A DNA stretch of 64,000 nucleotides from Spirochaetia bacterium (GTDB taxonomy: Bacteria; Spirochaetota; Spirochaetia; SZUA-6; Bin103): contig CBDAOI010000004.1 in NCBI GenBank assembly GCA_965198005.1, forward strand, positions 1,568,001 through 1,632,000. The letters run 5' to 3'. A program made the position numbers and the translations under genes. The notes below the pieces were generated by a model. The model had not been told where the DNA came from, ran no database searches, and saw only the letters and a program-made list of their open reading frames with translations. Below, in pieces: positions 30,773 through 41,360 of this stretch. Each line of letters starts with the position of its first letter. Positions within the stretch are counted from its first letter, which is position 1.

Positions 30773-31265
30773 GCCGACCCGTGGGTGCGGGCGAACGAAG
30801 TTCGCGCCGCCGACAGGGAACTCCCGCGGTATCACGCCGGATGAGCGGTGTGACCTCCACCCGTGGCTCCATCCCTGGCGCCACGGGTGGCATGCAGCCT
30901 CCAGACCGCGACAGGACGTCGGGGGCTGGGAGCGGTTGTTGCTCTTTTCCGGAGGCGCGCCCGGAACGTGCCCGACCAGGTCAACGAGCGCCGGGCTGGG
31001 CATGGGCGTGAGCTGGCCGGTCAGCTCGAAGCGGCGCCTCGCATCGTAGTGTCTGCGCATCATAGGGCACCGCAGACCCAGTCGGCGAAGTGCACAGGTA
31101 ACTCATCACACGACTGACGCGTCGTCCGTTCGTGGGCCCCGTCCATGGGGCCCAGCACAGGCGTTCCCGCGCCATGGAGGGCGCGGGCGATTGCGCGCGT
31201 CCGGAGTCACCACCCATCACGCTCACCAGCGACGGGTCATGGAACCCGCTGACCGAGCCGGTCAG
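30772..31265 (+). repeat. Boundary repeat R2 with extension, upstream of operon 3
   Basis: Matches the other R2 copies; inverted match to 16150-16625. Confidence 0.9.
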
Positions 31266-31493
31266 TCTGAAAGCAGCGACTGGCATCGCAGGGTCTTTGC
31301 ATCATCGTGGCGAAGGTCGGAGGCCACCACCCGGCAGTAGCCGGCGGCTGGGAGGCCACGCCACACGAGCCGTGAACCCGCTCCCCACCGACCGTCGGCA
31401 GGCCGCTCTTTGAATTCATCGCGACCTGCAACCTGGCAACCTGCTGGCGGGAGACGGCAGGCTCAACGGCGTGATCGACTAGTTGCTTCGAAA

Positions 31494-31790
31494 TCAGGTA
31501 CGACGCTGCCAGCGACGAGGATCTCGCCTGGCGTGCATGCATGCGACGACGACAATAGTGTCGCCATAGATGCGGTAGAAGAGCCCGTAAGGAAACCGCT
31601 GTGGGATTAGACCGCGCCGGGTGTCGCGGTACAGGACAGGAAACGATTCAGGGTGATCGAGCAGTCGCTCTTGCATCGACCTCAGTGCTGCGAGGAACTG
31701 TTCGCCCAAGCCCGGCTGCTGTGTCTCGTACCAGTGAAAGGCATCCTCGATGTCGGCGGCAGCCGCCGGCCGGATGACGACCCGCTTCAC
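31494..31790 (-). CDS. RelE/ParE family toxin
   Basis: AAADIEDAFHWYETQQPGLG...RFPYGLFY...CMHARRDP. Confidence 0.9.
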   Translation of the reverse strand: MKRVVIRPAAAADIEDAFHWYETQQPGLGEQFLAALRSMQERLLDHPESFPVLYRDTRRGLIPQRFPYGLFYRIYGDTIVVVACMHARRDPRRWQRRT

Positions 31791-32008
31791 CGGTGCCGAC
31801 TGCGAATCCGGCTAAGGACCTCCTCCCAGGGGATGCCGACCGGACCCTCGACATCTAGCTCGTCCAGCCGTCGGTCGAGTTCCGCGCACTGCGCTTCGGT
31901 GAGCAGAATCGCTTCGGGCGTGGCCGCCAGGCTGTCCCAGAGCGCGTCCAGGAGGCTCAGGCGCTCCTGCGGCGTCATTGATGCGATGTCTAAACCGCGG
32001 CTGTTCAT
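31787..32008 (-). CDS. Putative addiction module antitoxin
   Basis: MTPQERLSLLDALWDSL...AELDRRL...IPWEEV. Confidence 0.9.
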   Translation of the reverse strand: MNSRGLDIASMTPQERLSLLDALWDSLAATPEAILLTEAQCAELDRRLDELDVEGPVGIPWEEVLSRIRSRHR

Positions 32009-32194
32009 GCCGGCAGTATAACCTACGCCCGTCCTCGGGGACGAAGTTCCGGCGGCTACCCCAGCCGGACAGTCCCTGCGCCCCGCTGCTCGGTTGCAGA
32101 CCGTCGGCGAAGCGGCGCGACCAGGGAACTTTGACCCCCGGACCCGGCTTAGCTATCTTCTTGACAGACATATCGGCGGCACAGATGCTTGGCC

Positions 32195-32483
32195 ATGATA
32201 TGGTCCTTCAAGGACAAGGAGACAGCGCGGATCTTTCACCAACAGTGGTCGACCAAGTTTCCGAGAGATATCCAGGCGCGTGCCCTCAAGAAGTTGCTGC
32301 TGCTGAACGCCGCTGAGTCTGAGATGGACCTGCGCAATCCGCCGGGCAACCGCCTGGAACGTCTCAAGTCTCAAAGGTGATAGGGCCGGAGAGATGTCGA
32401 TCCGCATCAATCGGCAGTGGCGAATCTGCTTTCGGTTCCGAGCGGGTCACGCCTCTGACGTCGAAATCGAAGATTACCATTAG
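32195..32483 (+). pseudogene. higB: HigB toxin frameshifted by a 7-bp duplication
   Basis: PPGNRLERLK, then GTCTCAA twice (32361-32374); removing one copy restores GDRAGEMSIRINRQWRICF...EDYH*. Confidence 0.9.
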
Positions 32484-32497
32484 CGAGGTGTCGCGCC

Positions 32498-32821
32498 ATG
32501 GCTACGAATTATAGGCCCGCGTTGGCGGGGAAAATCCCGACGCCGACGGTGGGCGAAATCCTCCAGGAAGAGTTTCTTCAGCCACTGGGGATGACGCCCT
32601 ACCGCCTTGCGAAAGAGCTGCGGGTGGCCACAAGTTCGATACTTGACCTAGTCCACGGGCGCCGCCGCCTCTCGGTCGACATGGCGTTGAGGCTGGCGCG
32701 CCTCTTCGGCACGACGGAGAGATTCTGGCTGAACCTGCAGAACGAGATCGACGTGCGTAATCGCCGAGACGAGTTGAGTCGGGAGCTCGAGGCAATCCAG
32801 CCCGTCGCCCACGACGGATGA
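32498..32821 (+). CDS. higA: HigA antitoxin
   Basis: GEILQEEFLQPLGMTPYRLAK...DMALRLARLFGTT..FWLNLQ. Confidence 0.95.
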   Translation: MATNYRPALAGKIPTPTVGEILQEEFLQPLGMTPYRLAKELRVATSSILDLVHGRRRLSVDMALRLARLFGTTERFWLNLQNEIDVRNRRDELSRELEAIQPVAHDG

Positions 32822-32877
32822 GCCGCCGCAACACCAAGGAGCAAGCCAACGCGTTTCGAAGATTGGCTAACCTACCT

Positions 32878-33096
32878 CCACACGCGCAAGGGGCCTTCGG
32901 ACACGTTCTGAATCGGCCAATGGGCCCTTTTGCCGGATCACGGATGTCGCCATTGTGCTGATGTAGCGGGCGCACCGCTAGTGACGGTTGGCCGGTGGTG
33001 CCGGCGTGGATCGTGGCGGCGTGAGAGGTAGCGCTGCCACGTCATGCCGCCGCTTCATCGGCCGCGGCAGAGTTCGTAATCGGTGACCTCCACCCG
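32878..33096 (+). repeat. Dispersed repeat R3 running into the left arm of an R2 hairpin
   Basis: Near-identical to ~42305-42517. Confidence 0.9.
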
Positions 33097-33554
33097 TAAT
33101 GGTGAGTACCGTGTTATGTGGAGCTGCGGTTGTAAGTTCATGTATGGTGGTGGTTTGCGGTTGACGCACTCACCATAAGCATGCCCCACCCCCTGGTGAC
33201 AACAGTCTCCCTATGCGCGCATCACCATGCAGATGAAGCGCAAGGACGCGGCTCTCGCGCCAAACACTGACAGCTGCGGCTAGCGGCTGCCTGTCTGGCA
33301 TGAAGACGAGGCCCTGCTGGCCTATCTGGAGAGCCTCGGTCGACCGCACGATCATGTGGCGAGCTCTCAGCAGGAAAATCATGTGACGAAAGGAGTTGCA
33401 GGCGCCAACTCGTAAACATTCGGTTCACTGGTATCCCCGAGGGTAGTGAGTAAGCGCGCTGGCGCGCTGAACGGTAACCACTGACACTCAAGTTTCGAAG
33501 TTTCGACTGGACACTCCCGAATTCGGGTGTTAGATTCTTGTAGGCGAGAGCTGG

Positions 33555-35207
33555 ATGAGGGGAACTGCTCGGCACACTGACGAGGAACGGCGCGGGGAGC
33601 GCTGCGCGGGGGGATGTGTCCACGTGGTAGCGAAACTGCGGCGGGAGAACCTGGAGCTCAAGCAGCAGGCGGGGTACTACCGGGCGCTGCACCGCAAAGC
33701 GGTGGCGCGCGAGCGGCGACTGAAAGAGCAGCTGAGCGGGGTGCGGACGAAGGCCCGGGAGTTGCGGCAGCAGCTGCGGGAACGGCGGGCGCGGCGCAAC
33801 AACAAGAGCGAGAAGCGCGCCAAGAGCGGCAGCGGCAGCAGCGGCAGCGAGGCGGCGGCAGCGCCGCGCCCGCGGGGCCAGCAACCCGGGTCGAGTGGGC
33901 ATGGCCGGCGCGACCACTCAGCGCTGCCGGCGCAGGAGGAACACCACAAGCTGGAGCCGAACGCGCGCTGCTGTCCCCAGTGTGGCGGGGAGTACGGCGC
34001 GGCCGGCAGCGAGGACTCCGAGGTGCTGGAGATTGAAGTGCGCGCCCACCGGCGGGTGATCAAGCGCCAGCGGTACCACTGCAGTTGCGAGTGCGCCGGG
34101 GTGCCGCGGGTGCTCACCGCGCCGGCGCCGCCACGGCTGATTCCGAAGGGGATTCTGGGGGTCTCGATCTGGGTGCAGGTGCTGCTCGACAAGTACCGCT
34201 TTCACCGACCGACCTATCGGCTGCTGGAAGACCTGAGCACGCATGGCCTGGAGCTTGCGCAAGGCACCGTCACCGACGGCCTGAAACGGCTGGCGCCGCT
34301 GTTTGCGCCGCTGCTGGAGGCGCTGCGCGCGCGCAACCTCCAGGGTGACCACTGGCATGCCGACGAGACCGGCTGGTACGTGTTTGAAGCGACTGACGAG
34401 CAGGCTGGCCAGCGCTGGTGTCTGTGGGTGTTCTGGGGTCGTGAGGCGGTGGTGTTCACCCTTGATCGGACGCGCTCGGCGCGGGTGCCGAAGGAGCATT
34501 TTGCGGGGGTGGCGGGAGGCATCGTGAGTGTCGACCGGTATTCCTCCTACAAACGGTTGGCCAAGGACACCCCGCTGGAATTGCAGTACTGCTGGGCGCA
34601 TGTTCGACGCGATTTTATCCGCGTGGCCGAGAAATGGGACGAGCACCGGGAATGGGGCGAGCAGTGGCTGGAGCTGATCGGCGAGCTGTATCACTTGAAT
34701 GCTGTACGCCTGCCGGTGTGCAACGACCCCGTACAGTGGGCTGCGGCCGACGCGGCGCTGCGCGCGGCGGTAACAGCGATGGCGCAGCGGTTGGAGCGCG
34801 AACTGGCACAGCCGAAGCTGCCTCAGGCACGCAAGAAAGTGCTTACCAGTCTGCGCAACCACTGGTCAGGGCTGATCCGGTTCGTCGACCAGCCCGCTAT
34901 CCCGATGGACAACAATCAGGCCGAACGCGCGTTGCGCGGGCCGGTGGTGGGGCGCAAGAACTACTACGGCTCGGGGGCGACCTGGAGCGGTGAGTTGACC
35001 GCCACGCTGTTCAGCCTGTTCCACACGCTCGAGTTGTGGCAGATCAACCCGCGCATTTGGCTGACCGAGTACCTGAATGCATGCGCCGCCGCCGGCAGTC
35101 GGGTGCCGGAGGACTTTGAGCGCTTCCTGCCCTGGAACCGCCGCGACCGGCAAGCACCGCGCGCCTCGCCAGCCCCGCCAGGGGCTGCCCCGCAGCGCGC
35201 CGCCTGA
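33555..35207 (+). CDS. tnpC: IS66 transposase
   Basis: Coiled coil, CPQCG zinc finger, HADETG, CWAHVRR, DNNQAERALR. Confidence 0.95.
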   Translation: MRGTARHTDEERRGERCAGGCVHVVAKLRRENLELKQQAGYYRALHRKAVARERRLKEQLSGVRTKARELRQQLRERRARRNNKSEKRAKSGSGSSGSEAAAAPRPRGQQPGSSGHGRRDHSALPAQEEHHKLEPNARCCPQCGGEYGAAGSEDSEVLEIEVRAHRRVIKRQRYHCSCECAGVPRVLTAPAPPRLIPKGILGVSIWVQVLLDKYRFHRPTYRLLEDLSTHGLELAQGTVTDGLKRLAPLFAPLLEALRARNLQGDHWHADETGWYVFEATDEQAGQRWCLWVFWGREAVVFTLDRTRSARVPKEHFAGVAGGIVSVDRYSSYKRLAKDTPLELQYCWAHVRRDFIRVAEKWDEHREWGEQWLELIGELYHLNAVRLPVCNDPVQWAAADAALRAAVTAMAQRLERELAQPKLPQARKKVLTSLRNHWSGLIRFVDQPAIPMDNNQAERALRGPVVGRKNYYGSGATWSGELTATLFSLFHTLELWQINPRIWLTEYLNACAAAGSRVPEDFERFLPWNRRDRQAPRASPAPPGAAPQRAA

Positions 35208-35212
35208 CGCTG

Positions 35213-36094
35213 GTGCGCTACTGCGGGCGCACCTTCAGCGTGCAGGAGCTGGAGTTGATCCGCAGCCTCATGGCCGAGCATCCGGGCCACCATCGGCTGG
35301 CCCTGTCGCGGCTGGTCTGCGAACGGCTCGACTGGCGGCGCCCCAACGGGGGACTGAAGGATATGAGTTGTCGGGTCGCCCTGCTGCGCATGCACCGTGC
35401 CGGCCTGATCCAACTACCCCCACCACGGCAGGCCTGCTACAACGGCCGCCTGCGGCGTCGCCGCACGCCGCAGGCAGAGCCCCAATCACCGATCACCGGC
35501 AGCCTCCAGGGGCTGTCCGAACTGCACCTGCGCCCGCTCGCCACGGGCGCCGAAGCGGCGCTCTGGCGCGAGTACGTGGACCGCTACCATTACCTCGGCT
35601 ACACCCCGCTGGCGGGAGCACAACTGCGCTATCTGGTGCTCAGCGGGCCGCAGGTGCTCGCCGTGCTGGGGTTTGCCGCCTGCGCCTGGAAGGTGGCGCC
35701 GCGCGACCGGTTCATCGGCTGGAGTGCGGCCCAACGCGAGGCCCGCTTGCCGCTCGTGGTCAACAACGCCCGCTTCCTGATCCTGCCGTGGGTGCAGGTC
35801 AAGAACCTCGCCTCCTGGGTGCTCGCGCGCAGCTGCCGCCGGTTGCCGGAGGACTGGCACAGCCGCTACGGCTACCGCCCCCTGCTGCTGGAGACCTTCG
35901 TCCAGTCCGATCGGTTCGTCGGCACCAGCTACCGTGCCGCCAATTGGATCCACGTCGGGCAAACCCAAGGCCGCGGCAAACTCGATGTCCACAACCAACA
36001 CGCTCTGCCCAAGAAGGACATCTGGCTCTATCCGCTCCGCCGCGATTTCCGCCGCCGCCTCTGCGCCCCGCTCGATCCTCACCCCAACCAGTAG
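35213..36094 (+). CDS. DUF4338 (DruA-like domain) protein
   Basis: YHYLGY..LAGAQLRY, RDRFIGW, NNARFLILPWV, LLETFV, GTSYRAANW. Confidence 0.9.
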   Translation: MRYCGRTFSVQELELIRSLMAEHPGHHRLALSRLVCERLDWRRPNGGLKDMSCRVALLRMHRAGLIQLPPPRQACYNGRLRRRRTPQAEPQSPITGSLQGLSELHLRPLATGAEAALWREYVDRYHYLGYTPLAGAQLRYLVLSGPQVLAVLGFAACAWKVAPRDRFIGWSAAQREARLPLVVNNARFLILPWVQVKNLASWVLARSCRRLPEDWHSRYGYRPLLLETFVQSDRFVGTSYRAANWIHVGQTQGRGKLDVHNQHALPKKDIWLYPLRRDFRRRLCAPLDPHPNQ

Positions 36095-36139
36095 ACCGAA
36101 TATTTACGCCAACTCCACATAACACGGTACTCACCATTA

Positions 36140-36228
36140 CGGGTGGAGGTCACCGAGCATCCGGCGTGACACCGCCCCGGCTACCGGTCGGCCGCGCGAA
36201 GTTCGTTCGCGCGCACCCGTGGGTCGGC
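36140..36228 (-). repeat. Partial boundary repeat R2, downstream of operon 4
   Basis: Reverse complement matches ~30772-30863 up to cacccg. Confidence 0.85.
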
Positions 36229-36377
36229 GCGGCGATGGCGAAGCCGAAGGCTGCCCGCGCCGGGGTGATCGAGCGCGAAGACATCAGGGCCGACCAGTCG
36301 CATCTCGCCTTGCTGACTGGGCTGGACGGCGACCCGGCGCAGGCGCGTGGCGTCTATGCCGCCGCAGGCGGGCTCTC

Positions 36378-37301
36378 TTAAACCGACCCGGCGGCTCCGG
36401 CACCGAGACTACCACCGCCCCTCAGCCTCGGGTCGAGCAGATCCCTCATGGCGTCGCCGAACATGTTCAGACTGTAAATCACAATAGTCAGGCAAAAACC
36501 GGGCCAGAGAGCCAGCCGTGGCGCCGTCTCCATGAATTCGCGCCCTTCCCGGCTGAGCAGACCTCCCCACTCAGGAATCGTGAATGGCAGACCGTATCCG
36601 AGGAAGCTCAGAGAAGCAATACTCAGGATCGTGCCTCCTACGTTTATGCTGAATATGATGATTACGACAGGCGCAATATTGGGCAGGAGATGTCGGATAA
36701 GTGTTCTCCATCTTGAGGAGCCAATCGCTTCCGCCGTCTGAAAATACACATTCTCTTTAATGCCAATAACGGCGCCTCTAACTACTCTTGAGCCGCCGAT
36801 GCCTCCGGCGATCCCCAGGACCAGTATTATCTGTAACACACCCCGTCCCACTATGGACATTAACGTTAACAACAGGAGCAATCCCGGGAAACACATCCAG
36901 GCATCGACAAATCTCTGCACAACCAGGTCGAATTTACCACCAAGGAATCCTGAGGTGCCACCTATCAGGGTACTGACCACAACATTGAGAGCGGTCGTGG
37001 CCAGACCAACAAGTAACGAAATACGAGCCGCGAAGATAAGGCGGCTCAAGAAGTCTCGTCCCATGTGGTCTGTACCGAGGAGATACTGGGTTGATGGGAC
37101 CTTCATTATGTCATACAGGTGTACTTCATCATATGGATAAGGAGTCAGAACATCGGCAAAGATAGCTACAAAAATCAATAGCAATATGATAATCCCGCAG
37201 GCAGTACCCAACGGCTTCTCCTTGACCAGCCTGATGAAGAAATCAGCCAGACCGGCACGTCCATTTGGCTCACTTACAGCCGACGGTATCTCGTCACTCA
37301 T
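36378..37301 (-). CDS. dppC: DppC-type ABC permease, operon 4
   Basis: LLGTDHMGRD, RHLLPN, DLLDPR. Confidence 0.95.
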   Translation of the reverse strand: MSDEIPSAVSEPNGRAGLADFFIRLVKEKPLGTACGIIILLLIFVAIFADVLTPYPYDEVHLYDIMKVPSTQYLLGTDHMGRDFLSRLIFAARISLLVGLATTALNVVVSTLIGGTSGFLGGKFDLVVQRFVDAWMCFPGLLLLLTLMSIVGRGVLQIILVLGIAGGIGGSRVVRGAVIGIKENVYFQTAEAIGSSRWRTLIRHLLPNIAPVVIIIFSINVGGTILSIASLSFLGYGLPFTIPEWGGLLSREGREFMETAPRLALWPGFCLTIVIYSLNMFGDAMRDLLDPRLRGGGSLGAGAAGSV

Positions 37302-37319
37302 GTTCTTGATTATCCCCCT

Positions 37320-38327
37320 TTATCTATAACGGACCCTAGGGTCTAAAAAGGGATACATCAGGTCGATCACTAGATTGATCCCCATAACCGCGGTGGCGAA
37401 AAACAGGTTTATTCCGGAGACCGCCGGGTAGTCTCGGTCATTGAGGGCGTTCACCATGAGGCGACCTAGCCCCGGCAGGTTGAATATGTTTTCTATGATA
37501 ACGGAGCCGCCTACCAGGAGAGGCAACTGCATGCCAATGAGGGTAACTACCGGGATGAATGCATTCTTGAGGACGTGTCTCATAACAACCACCCTCTCCT
37601 TCAGACCCTTGGACCATGCCGTCCTGATATAGTCCTGCCTGAGCACCTCCAGCATTGCGGTACGCGTCAGCCGCATGGTGGCTGCAGAATAGGCCGTCCC
37701 CAGAATCAGGCTGGGAATGATGAACATCCCCAGATTCCCCAGCGGGTCTTCCGTGAAAGAAATCAGCTCCATCGGAGGCGACCAGCCCCACCAGATTGCC
37801 GGGAAGATAATGACCATCAGGGCCAGCCAGAAGTTAGGCGTTGCCAGGCCGATGACGGCGATGGTGCGTCCAGCATAGTCGGTGGCTGTATCCTCACGAA
37901 TCGCCGAGTAGATGCCGACTGGCAGGGCTATCACCAGCCCGATTACGATTGCCATGGCGCCAAGCTGAATGGTTACCGGCAATCTACCTATTATCTTCTC
38001 CTCTATCGAAAAACCGCCAAGAGTCCATGATTTGCCAAGGGTGCCCTGCAGGAGACCCTTGAAGTGGGACTCACCGGTACCCCAGTCAGGGGTTGGCAAT
38101 ACTCCTATCCAGCGTCCATACTGCACGTGAACATGCGCGTCTAATCCCAGATAACGCATAATAGCTTCACGGTCAATCTCGATCCCCGCACCCCAGGCCT
38201 GCATCCTATTCACCGTTGCGTCTATGACATCGCCCGGAAGGAGCCGGACCGCGAGAAAGACCAGGATGGTCAATATAAACAGGGTGGGGATTATCAGCAA
38301 TAACCGCCTGATGATATAGGCTCTCAC
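37320..38327 (-). CDS. dppB: DppB-type ABC permease, operon 4 (GTG start)
   Basis: VRAYIIRRLL after GAGG; QDYIRTAWSKGL. Confidence 0.95.
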   Translation of the reverse strand: MRAYIIRRLLLIIPTLFILTILVFLAVRLLPGDVIDATVNRMQAWGAGIEIDREAIMRYLGLDAHVHVQYGRWIGVLPTPDWGTGESHFKGLLQGTLGKSWTLGGFSIEEKIIGRLPVTIQLGAMAIVIGLVIALPVGIYSAIREDTATDYAGRTIAVIGLATPNFWLALMVIIFPAIWWGWSPPMELISFTEDPLGNLGMFIIPSLILGTAYSAATMRLTRTAMLEVLRQDYIRTAWSKGLKERVVVMRHVLKNAFIPVVTLIGMQLPLLVGGSVIIENIFNLPGLGRLMVNALNDRDYPAVSGINLFFATAVMGINLVIDLMYPFLDPRVRYR

Positions 38328-38954
38328 GTGACACACCTCATTACGATTGCCCCCGTCATTCCGGTGAAAACCGCAATCCACCTTCCACGTCTTTCCGGCC
38401 CCTTCCAGTGAAGGGCTTGTCCTGAACGAAGTTGAAGGGCGCGGCATTCTCTAAGGTGCGAATGACCCCTGCCAAGAAACTCGCCTCTCACCGTTTTGGG
38501 GAGTTCAGAGGGGTGAAACCCCTTTGAAACGGGGAATCAAGGGGGTTTCCCCCTTGATTCCCCCTGTCCAGGGTTCAAGGATCACTCGATAGAACATCTG
38601 TAGCCCATCGTTGGTGAAGGCCCCATCCCCCTGTATCCGGCCGGGTAGAATCGCGGCGCGCGCAAGCCTTAGGCAGAGATTCATAACCACCTCGCTCTTT
38701 CGATTGCGAGGCAGGGGGTCATATTTCGGGGCTGCAGACATTCCTTTATGTTCAGGCTCCTGTGCTCGCTCGACCCTCTGGATGCCCCCACCTTGCAGTC
38801 CTGTGCCTAACAAAGCGGCAGGGCCTTATACACCACGCAGCTATCGTGCGGTTACCCAACACGAACTGTGGCATCACTACGTACCCGAACCGGGTAATTG
38901 GTACGGCCGGTTCTTCCCCGGCTGGAATGCAGTCTTGTCGGCTGCTCAAAACCC

Positions 38955-40778
38955 CTAATAACCCATTGCTTCCTTCAGCTCCTGGTCGATCCAGAGGCGG
39001 GCGGCGATGACATACTCAAATTGGGTTTGTCCTATTTGCCATTCTCTGTTAAGACCTTTGACCCACGGCTGGGTCGCGCCTATCGATGGTAGTTCCTCAC
39101 CCCATACGGACCAGTACCTCTCTATTGCGTACATATTCAGCTCTCTCACCAACGGCAATTGCTCTTCTTCTGTGCTTACCAATCGGCCGGCTTCGTACAT
39201 GGCGTCATAAGCCGGATCGCTCACATTGGGGCGGTTAAAGGAAGAACCAGTCACGTAAGTACTCATCGTTCCGAAAGGCGCTTTCCTAGTGCCCAATACC
39301 GTAGCAATCATGTCATGATCTCTATTTGCAGCGCGAGGACCTAGCTCCGCACCTGTCACTGGCTCAATCTCTAGATCAACGCCAATGTCACGATAGTATG
39401 TAGCGGCTATTAATTCTGCATAGCTCACATCGGCGGCGTCATGCCAGGTCAATGTGGCCTTGAACCTGATGCCGTCGGCCCCGCGCGGATACCCCGCCTC
39501 ATCAAGGAGCTTCTCGGCCCCTGCCGGGTCATACATATAGCCTTTCTTGACCTCTTCGGGCCACTCTTCAAATGGGATGCCAGCCACTGGGACATCGTTG
39601 CCTACCGTTCCCTGAGGTATCCAGTTTCCCCACCCTTTGAAGTAGGTATCGTGAATTGTCTCAAAGTCCAGTGCCATGTTCATTGCCTTGCGCACCCGGA
39701 TGTCATCAAAGGGTGGCCTCTCCGTGTTCATGCTAAAACTATTAAGCGACCGTACCCAATGCTCGGTTATGACGATTTCGGGGTTGGTCCGCTGCAGGCT
39801 CTCCACTTTGTCGATACTGCCGAACATCCTATAGGCATGCAAGCCGGTGTAATCGATCTTACCCGTGCGCAGCGCCGCCAGCTGCGTTGCGTGTTCTGGT
39901 ATAATCAGGCCCCTTAACTCGTCAATATAGGGCAGTCGGTTCCCCGGGTATTTTTCGTCGTCGCTCCAGTAGTTACGATTCTTGGTATAGGTTACAGAGC
40001 TGCCGTCGACATACTCAGTCAGCATAAAGGGCCCAGTGCCGACCACGTTCCTCCAATCCTTCATGTCTCCGTATTCCTCGATTACCTCCCGTGGAACAAT
40101 GATGTGAACTACAGGGTCGATGATAGACCGCAGCGCACGGGGGTCTGGCTGCTTCAGCTTAAAAACAACCGTCCATTTGTCCGTTGCTGTTATCGATTCG
40201 ATCGGTATAGCATCCCACCCATCATACCCGAGGCCGGGGGTAGGTTCGGCTTCGGAGAATTCGCCCATAGCAAGATTGCGTTGAAAGGTATATTCTACAT
40301 CATAGGCAGTCATCTCCCGACCGTTCACCGGTGGCTTGTCATGCCAGTGAACGCCCTTGCGGATGTGGAAGGTATAGGTGAGGCCGTCCTCGGAAATATC
40401 CCAGCTTTCCGCCAGCGCACCTCTTAAGGTAGATAGAGGAGTGGAAAAACCTGAGAAGTCAAATATGTCCCTATCTATTCCCCAGTCGCCGATGCTTAGC
40501 TTCTCTAGAACACCTTGGCTCATTATGTAGAGGACACAGCCGTGGGAATAATACGGGTCAGCAGTCGGACAAAGCCCCTTTTCACTCCTGCCAATGGTTA
40601 ATGTCCCGCCATACTCCGGCGCGGTCACCATCTTGCCGGTGGTGGGGTCGAGCACCATTTCCTTCTCGGCAGCGGCTGCCGGCGCCTCTTCCTCTGCGCC
40701 GGCGGCCCAGAGGCCGGTTGCGGTCATTACGAGGACCAACGCAACCGCGAAGGTCATTCTAATTCTTACAATGTCCAT
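38955..40778 (-). CDS. Family-5 ABC substrate-binding protein, operon 4
   Basis: Signal peptide, APEYGGTLT, LAESWD, GTGPF, PPFDDIRVR. Confidence 0.95.
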   Translation of the reverse strand: MDIVRIRMTFAVALVLVMTATGLWAAGAEEEAPAAAAEKEMVLDPTTGKMVTAPEYGGTLTIGRSEKGLCPTADPYYSHGCVLYIMSQGVLEKLSIGDWGIDRDIFDFSGFSTPLSTLRGALAESWDISEDGLTYTFHIRKGVHWHDKPPVNGREMTAYDVEYTFQRNLAMGEFSEAEPTPGLGYDGWDAIPIESITATDKWTVVFKLKQPDPRALRSIIDPVVHIIVPREVIEEYGDMKDWRNVVGTGPFMLTEYVDGSSVTYTKNRNYWSDDEKYPGNRLPYIDELRGLIIPEHATQLAALRTGKIDYTGLHAYRMFGSIDKVESLQRTNPEIVITEHWVRSLNSFSMNTERPPFDDIRVRKAMNMALDFETIHDTYFKGWGNWIPQGTVGNDVPVAGIPFEEWPEEVKKGYMYDPAGAEKLLDEAGYPRGADGIRFKATLTWHDAADVSYAELIAATYYRDIGVDLEIEPVTGAELGPRAANRDHDMIATVLGTRKAPFGTMSTYVTGSSFNRPNVSDPAYDAMYEAGRLVSTEEEQLPLVRELNMYAIERYWSVWGEELPSIGATQPWVKGLNREWQIGQTQFEYVIAARLWIDQELKEAMGY

Positions 40779-40801
40779 AGTAGCTCCGTATGTAGATTTT
40801 T

Positions 40802-41360
40802 CGAGAGTATTGCGGAGCGACTTGCGCTCCCTGGCTACTCTCATGCCCGCAACAGCGGGCGCGCCCGCCAACGCGGACGGCCAGTTTGAGTCAAATGGCT
40901 GAAGCGCGCGGCGTGTGACTCACCGGGTTCACCCGGGCTCACGCCGCGCGCGCGTGCGGTTCTTTCAGTATCATCTTCACCTCCTTCTTGGGGCACAGGG
41001 TGCCCTGCGAGATGGCTGACGTAAGATGGGATCCGCGTGCGCGCCCCATCATGCAAACGCCCACCGCTCGGCGGACGTCGGGACCTGCGTCACAACGCCA
41101 CGCGGGGCGGTGGTCGGCCGAGCAACGAATGTGTTTGGCCGGCGACGTGGGCGGTCGGTTCTGTGACGGTGAGTTGGGGGGCGGGGATCCAGGACCGGTG
41201 CAGTCGTAGCCGGCCGCTACCCCGGTGCTGAAGGCGACGGCGTGCGCGGGGGCACGTAGGGGGCGATCAGCCGGAGCGGTTAGTTGTTTCTCGGTTTGAA
41301 AAAGTGGGGGGGGGGTATGATGCACCGGTCGCGTCACAGCGAACCGGTCACTGCGCTGCC
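40802..41360 (-). repeat. Type-A leader of operon 4, including G10 tract at 41306-41315
   Basis: Near-identical to the leaders at 21.7 and 29.8 kb. Confidence 0.95.
40939..40974 (-). CDS. Leader uORF MILKEPHARAA
   Basis: AAGGAGGTG Shine-Dalgarno; conserved. Confidence 0.6.
   Translation of the reverse strand: MILKEPHARAA

Larger units (their letters stand above)
33412..36107 (+). mobile_element. IS66-family element carrying a DUF4338 gene
   Basis: IRs GTAAACATTCGGTTCACTGGT / ACCAGTAGACCGAATATTTAC; 8-bp TSD GCCAACTC at 33404-33411 and 36108-36115. Confidence 0.95.
33097..36139. mobile_element. MITE-like / deleted IS (~340 bp of its own sequence) interrupted by IS66
   Basis: Perfect IRs TAATGGTGAGTACCGTGTTATGTGGAG (33097) and its reverse complement ending 36139. 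Confidence 0.75.

Noticed and set aside
38505-38958. ORFs between the SBP and dppB of operon 4
   Set aside because: No recognisable motifs and overlap with palindromic repeats; cannot be supported.
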